A program made the position numbers and the translations under genes. This document shows, in pieces, positions 61,264-64,000 of a DNA stretch of 64,000 nucleotides. Position 1 is the first letter of the stretch. Each line of letters starts with the position of its first letter. Origin of the DNA: an uncultured archaeon (GTDB lineage Archaea > Asgardarchaeota > Lokiarchaeia > Sigyniarchaeales > SOKP01); the NCBI GenBank assembly GCA_964486045.1, contig CAZALK010000001.1, positions 424,242 to 488,241 on the forward strand, given 5' to 3'. The notes under the pieces are model-generated. The model saw only the letters and a list, made by a program, of their open reading frames with translations. It made no database searches and had not been told where the DNA came from.

Positions 61264-62373
61264 TTATATTTCTGGGGGTGAAGGCAAATTTTTTCTTACT
61301 TCCTTTGAATTGTTGGTTCTTCGGGCAAAAATTCTATCGCTACTCATTACGTCCTGTCTTTCTACATGAATAGCAGTGCCACCGACTAAACTTAACGAGT
61401 TATAAAAAATATCATAAGTAAGAAGCTCAGTATTTATTGCTTTAAACAGTGCAACTTTTGTTCCTCTTTCAATATCTGAACCGGAATATCCAAAAGTCAA
61501 TTTTAAAAGACCTTCTATTTTAATTTTTTTAGCAATCTCACTCCAAAAAAGATCACCATCGAACTCAGAAATTATACTCCCTAGTTTTTTTTCTAAATTT
61601 TTTTTTATCGTTTGAATTTCGTCATATTCAGCATTTAACTTCGTAAATATTGAGTTGTCTATCCCTATTTTTGCATCCTTTATTTTATTGATGAAAGATT
61701 CAAGTATTTTTTTTCGCAAGCGGTAATTAGGAAAGTCGAAGCTGAAATGGAAGGTGAAACGACGCCATATAGCGGAATCAAGTTGATGTTGATGATTTGT
61801 AGCACCAAATATCGCTAAAGGTACTCCTTCATAATTAACTCTGTCAATAACTTGAAGAAAGGAAATTACTGCACGCTTAATTTCTCCAACCTCGTGAATG
61901 TTTGATCTTTCAGAGCCAACTGCGTCAATTTCGTCAAAAAAGAGAATAAAAGCCCCTCTCTCCTTTGAAATTTCTGCAGCTAATTCAACCACATCTCTTA
62001 TATTCTTTATTGTATCACCTAGTAGTGGAGATACAAGTCGATCAGATTCTACTATGCATAAAGGAATATTATATTTCTTGGCGAATCCTCTTGTTAATGA
62101 AGTTTTACCTGTGCCTGGAGGACCATATAAAAGGACTGTTAAATTGGGATTTAATTTTGTTTGTTTTAATTGTTCCATAAATTCGTCATATTTCATCAGA
62201 GCTTTAAAAAAATCGTCCAATAATTCTTTTTTAACTTCATTTCCTAAAATATCTTCTACGGATTCTTTGATATCAGAGGAAAAATATACAGCACCATATT
62301 TACCAAGACGTTCCTTAATAATTTCATCTGTAAAGGTAATGTTTAATCCATTTTCTTCTTTTTGCTTGCTAAT
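61264..62373 (-). CDS. AAA ATPase
   Basis: GPPGTGKT, FFDEID, ATN..LDSAIWRRF, YSGSDIE; frame open to 62379, start uncertain (ORF track gives 62220). Confidence 0.9.
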   Translation of the reverse strand: MSKQKEENGLNITFTDEIIKERLGKYGAVYFSSDIKESVEDILGNEVKKELLDDFFKALMKYDEFMEQLKQTKLNPNLTVLLYGPPGTGKTSLTRGFAKKYNIPLCIVESDRLVSPLLGDTIKNIRDVVELAAEISKERGAFILFFDEIDAVGSERSNIHEVGEIKRAVISFLQVIDRVNYEGVPLAIFGATNHQHQLDSAIWRRFTFHFSFDFPNYRLRKKILESFINKIKDAKIGIDNSIFTKLNAEYDEIQTIKKNLEKKLGSIISEFDGDLFWSEIAKKIKIEGLLKLTFGYSGSDIERGTKVALFKAINTELLTYDIFYNSLSLVGGTAIHVERQDVMSSDRIFARRTNNSKEVRKNLPSPPEI

Positions 62374-62396
62374 TTTCGTTCAACTATTTTTGTATT

Positions 62397-63701
62397 TTAT
62401 TTTTTATTTCTTTTATCAAATTTTTTACAAAAACTACCAATTTTATTAATGAAATCTTTAATGTTATCAATTTGAGAGCCAATAAAATTGAAAATTTCCT
62501 TGCGATATTGAACTGAATCCCTAATTTTCATTTTATCAACTCCTAAATAATTGGGAAAACATATGAGTTTCATTAGATAAGGGAGAATTTTCTCATTTGT
62601 TTGTAAGTCTTTAAAAATCGTATAAAAAATATTCTCGTTAGATAATTTCCATTTTAAAATACCCATATAAATTAAAAAAGCAAAATTCATTGAAATCCAA
62701 TTTACTAATTCTTTTGAAAGAAATCCTCTTCGTTGAGATGAGAATGCTAAGTAATAAATAATTAGTGTTTCATTGCTGAATTGAGGTAATAGCCTTATGG
62801 TTCCATCTGATTGTTTATTTTCACGTAAGAAATTATTTTCCAAAAGAATATTCACAAAATCTTCATGTGGTGCAAGGAAAATACCATCAATTAACCTTAA
62901 ACCTAAACGTTCAGCAATTTTTTCTATGGCATCTTCCTCAGGATTGGCAATTGACTCAATATAAGGCAAGAATACATCATTTTTTAAAATCATGGGGATT
63001 TCATGGTTTTTCATTTCAGGGAATTCTCCAAAATTTGGATCTAAATTGTAAAGAGATGTTATATTATTAATAATTTGATATATTTTTGGGGATATTCCCG
63101 GGATTTCAAAATAATCAGAGCTCTCTAATTTTTCCCTGTAATAAGTATGAGGTTGTAATATATGTCGTTGGCATTCATAAAAATCTCTGGAATTATTTAA
63201 TAATTTCTCATAAATAATTGCTAAATTTGAACCTCTTGGAAATATTTTTTCTTCGATATATTTTACTAATTGATATAAGTATGTGTTTTCGATATCGTGT
63301 TCGTCAGGGTTGGTTATATGCTGTAAAACGTTTAAAGCATTAACAGACTCATGGAGAAACTCTATAATATAATCTTTAATATCAATTATACGAATATCCT
63401 CTCGATATTTAATAATGAAATCTTTAATTATTTCATACACATTTGATCTATACATGGCAGAAAATTCTGATAAAGCTCTTACTTTTCTAACACTTCTTTT
63501 TTCTTCTTCTTGTAGGATTTTATCTAGAATTTCTGTGTCTAATAACAAATCTGGATCTAATTCTATGATAATTCTTCTAGTTTCTCTCAAAATAGGCCGC
63601 ATATGACTTATAAACGTTAAATATCTCGGAAGAATATCTGTCCATTTTTCCCTCTTTCTTCCAGGTTTTCTAGTTCTAATACTTTTTTTTTTATAACTCA
63701 T
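62397..63701 (-). CDS. Conserved hypothetical protein
   Basis: 434-aa ORF in operon. Confidence 0.8.
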   Translation of the reverse strand: MSYKKKSIRTRKPGRKREKWTDILPRYLTFISHMRPILRETRRIIIELDPDLLLDTEILDKILQEEEKRSVRKVRALSEFSAMYRSNVYEIIKDFIIKYREDIRIIDIKDYIIEFLHESVNALNVLQHITNPDEHDIENTYLYQLVKYIEEKIFPRGSNLAIIYEKLLNNSRDFYECQRHILQPHTYYREKLESSDYFEIPGISPKIYQIINNITSLYNLDPNFGEFPEMKNHEIPMILKNDVFLPYIESIANPEEDAIEKIAERLGLRLIDGIFLAPHEDFVNILLENNFLRENKQSDGTIRLLPQFSNETLIIYYLAFSSQRRGFLSKELVNWISMNFAFLIYMGILKWKLSNENIFYTIFKDLQTNEKILPYLMKLICFPNYLGVDKMKIRDSVQYRKEIFNFIGSQIDNIKDFINKIGSFCKKFDKRNKK

Positions 63702-63727
63702 TTATAAAATGGACACCCTTTATATTC

Positions 63728-64000
63728 TTATTCTTCATCATATCCAACTAAAATTTCAGCAAAAATGGAGGAAATTTCAACAAATATGGGTATTTCTACT
63801 CTGCATAAATTTCCTAAGATCCATTTGTTTACATCTTTAATAAGAAATTTTATCTGTTGGTGAATTTTTTTATTGATTTCAGAATCTATAATTTTTGATA
63901 ACCATAGTCCCCCTCCCACTCTGTAGGCCACAATTTTAATCAACGGTCCAAATAATGGTTCCAGAACTTGTTTCATCATCCAAGATTTTGGAATAACACT
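63728..64000 (-). CDS. Hypothetical protein (probably 5'-truncated by window edge)
   Basis: Open frame continues to the window end. Confidence 0.5.
   Translation of the reverse strand, partial: SVIPKSWMMKQVLEPLFGPLIKIVAYRVGGGLWLSKIIDSEINKKIHQQIKFLIKDVNKWILGNLCRVEIPIFVEISSIFAEILVGYDEE

Noticed and set aside
202-63606. Short antisense ORFs in the track (e.g. 202..432, 2815..3036, 10579..10833, 11692..12015, 47445..47888, 51012..51437, 61898..62449)
   Set aside because: Shadow frames opposite well-supported genes, with no motifs.

Overview
AT-rich archaeal chromosome segment, very likely Lokiarchaeia (Asgard). This is inferred from archaeal gatDE, tfb, nop5/fibrillarin, archaeal MAT, a BHB-intron tRNA and a Lokiarchaeia-type LRR protein. 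Host housekeeping genes occupy ~1-20.7 kb and ~48.1-64 kb. Between divergent pyrD and nop5 lies a ~27.3 kb integrated element. It has a terminal tyrosine recombinase, candidate att repeats, a DUF3800 nuclease with an adjacent structured RNA candidate, ParB with a zinc-hook-like coiled coil, a DUF927/Cch-like helicase with iteron-like repeats, a PCNA-like clamp, a Spo11/TopoVI-A-like protein, an ATPase-nuclease fusion and a large membrane-anchored surface protein. Its long non-coding tracts are built from shuffled conserved modules and palindromes. The strongest novel signal is in a host gene. rnhB (RNase HII) is interrupted inside its catalytic DEAGRGP motif by a 30-nt stop-containing insert that folds into a bulge-helix-bulge. 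Canonical BHB cleavage restores the reading frame exactly, so this looks like a tRNA-type intron in an Asgard protein-coding mRNA. All family assignments are by motif recognition by eye; no database searches were run.
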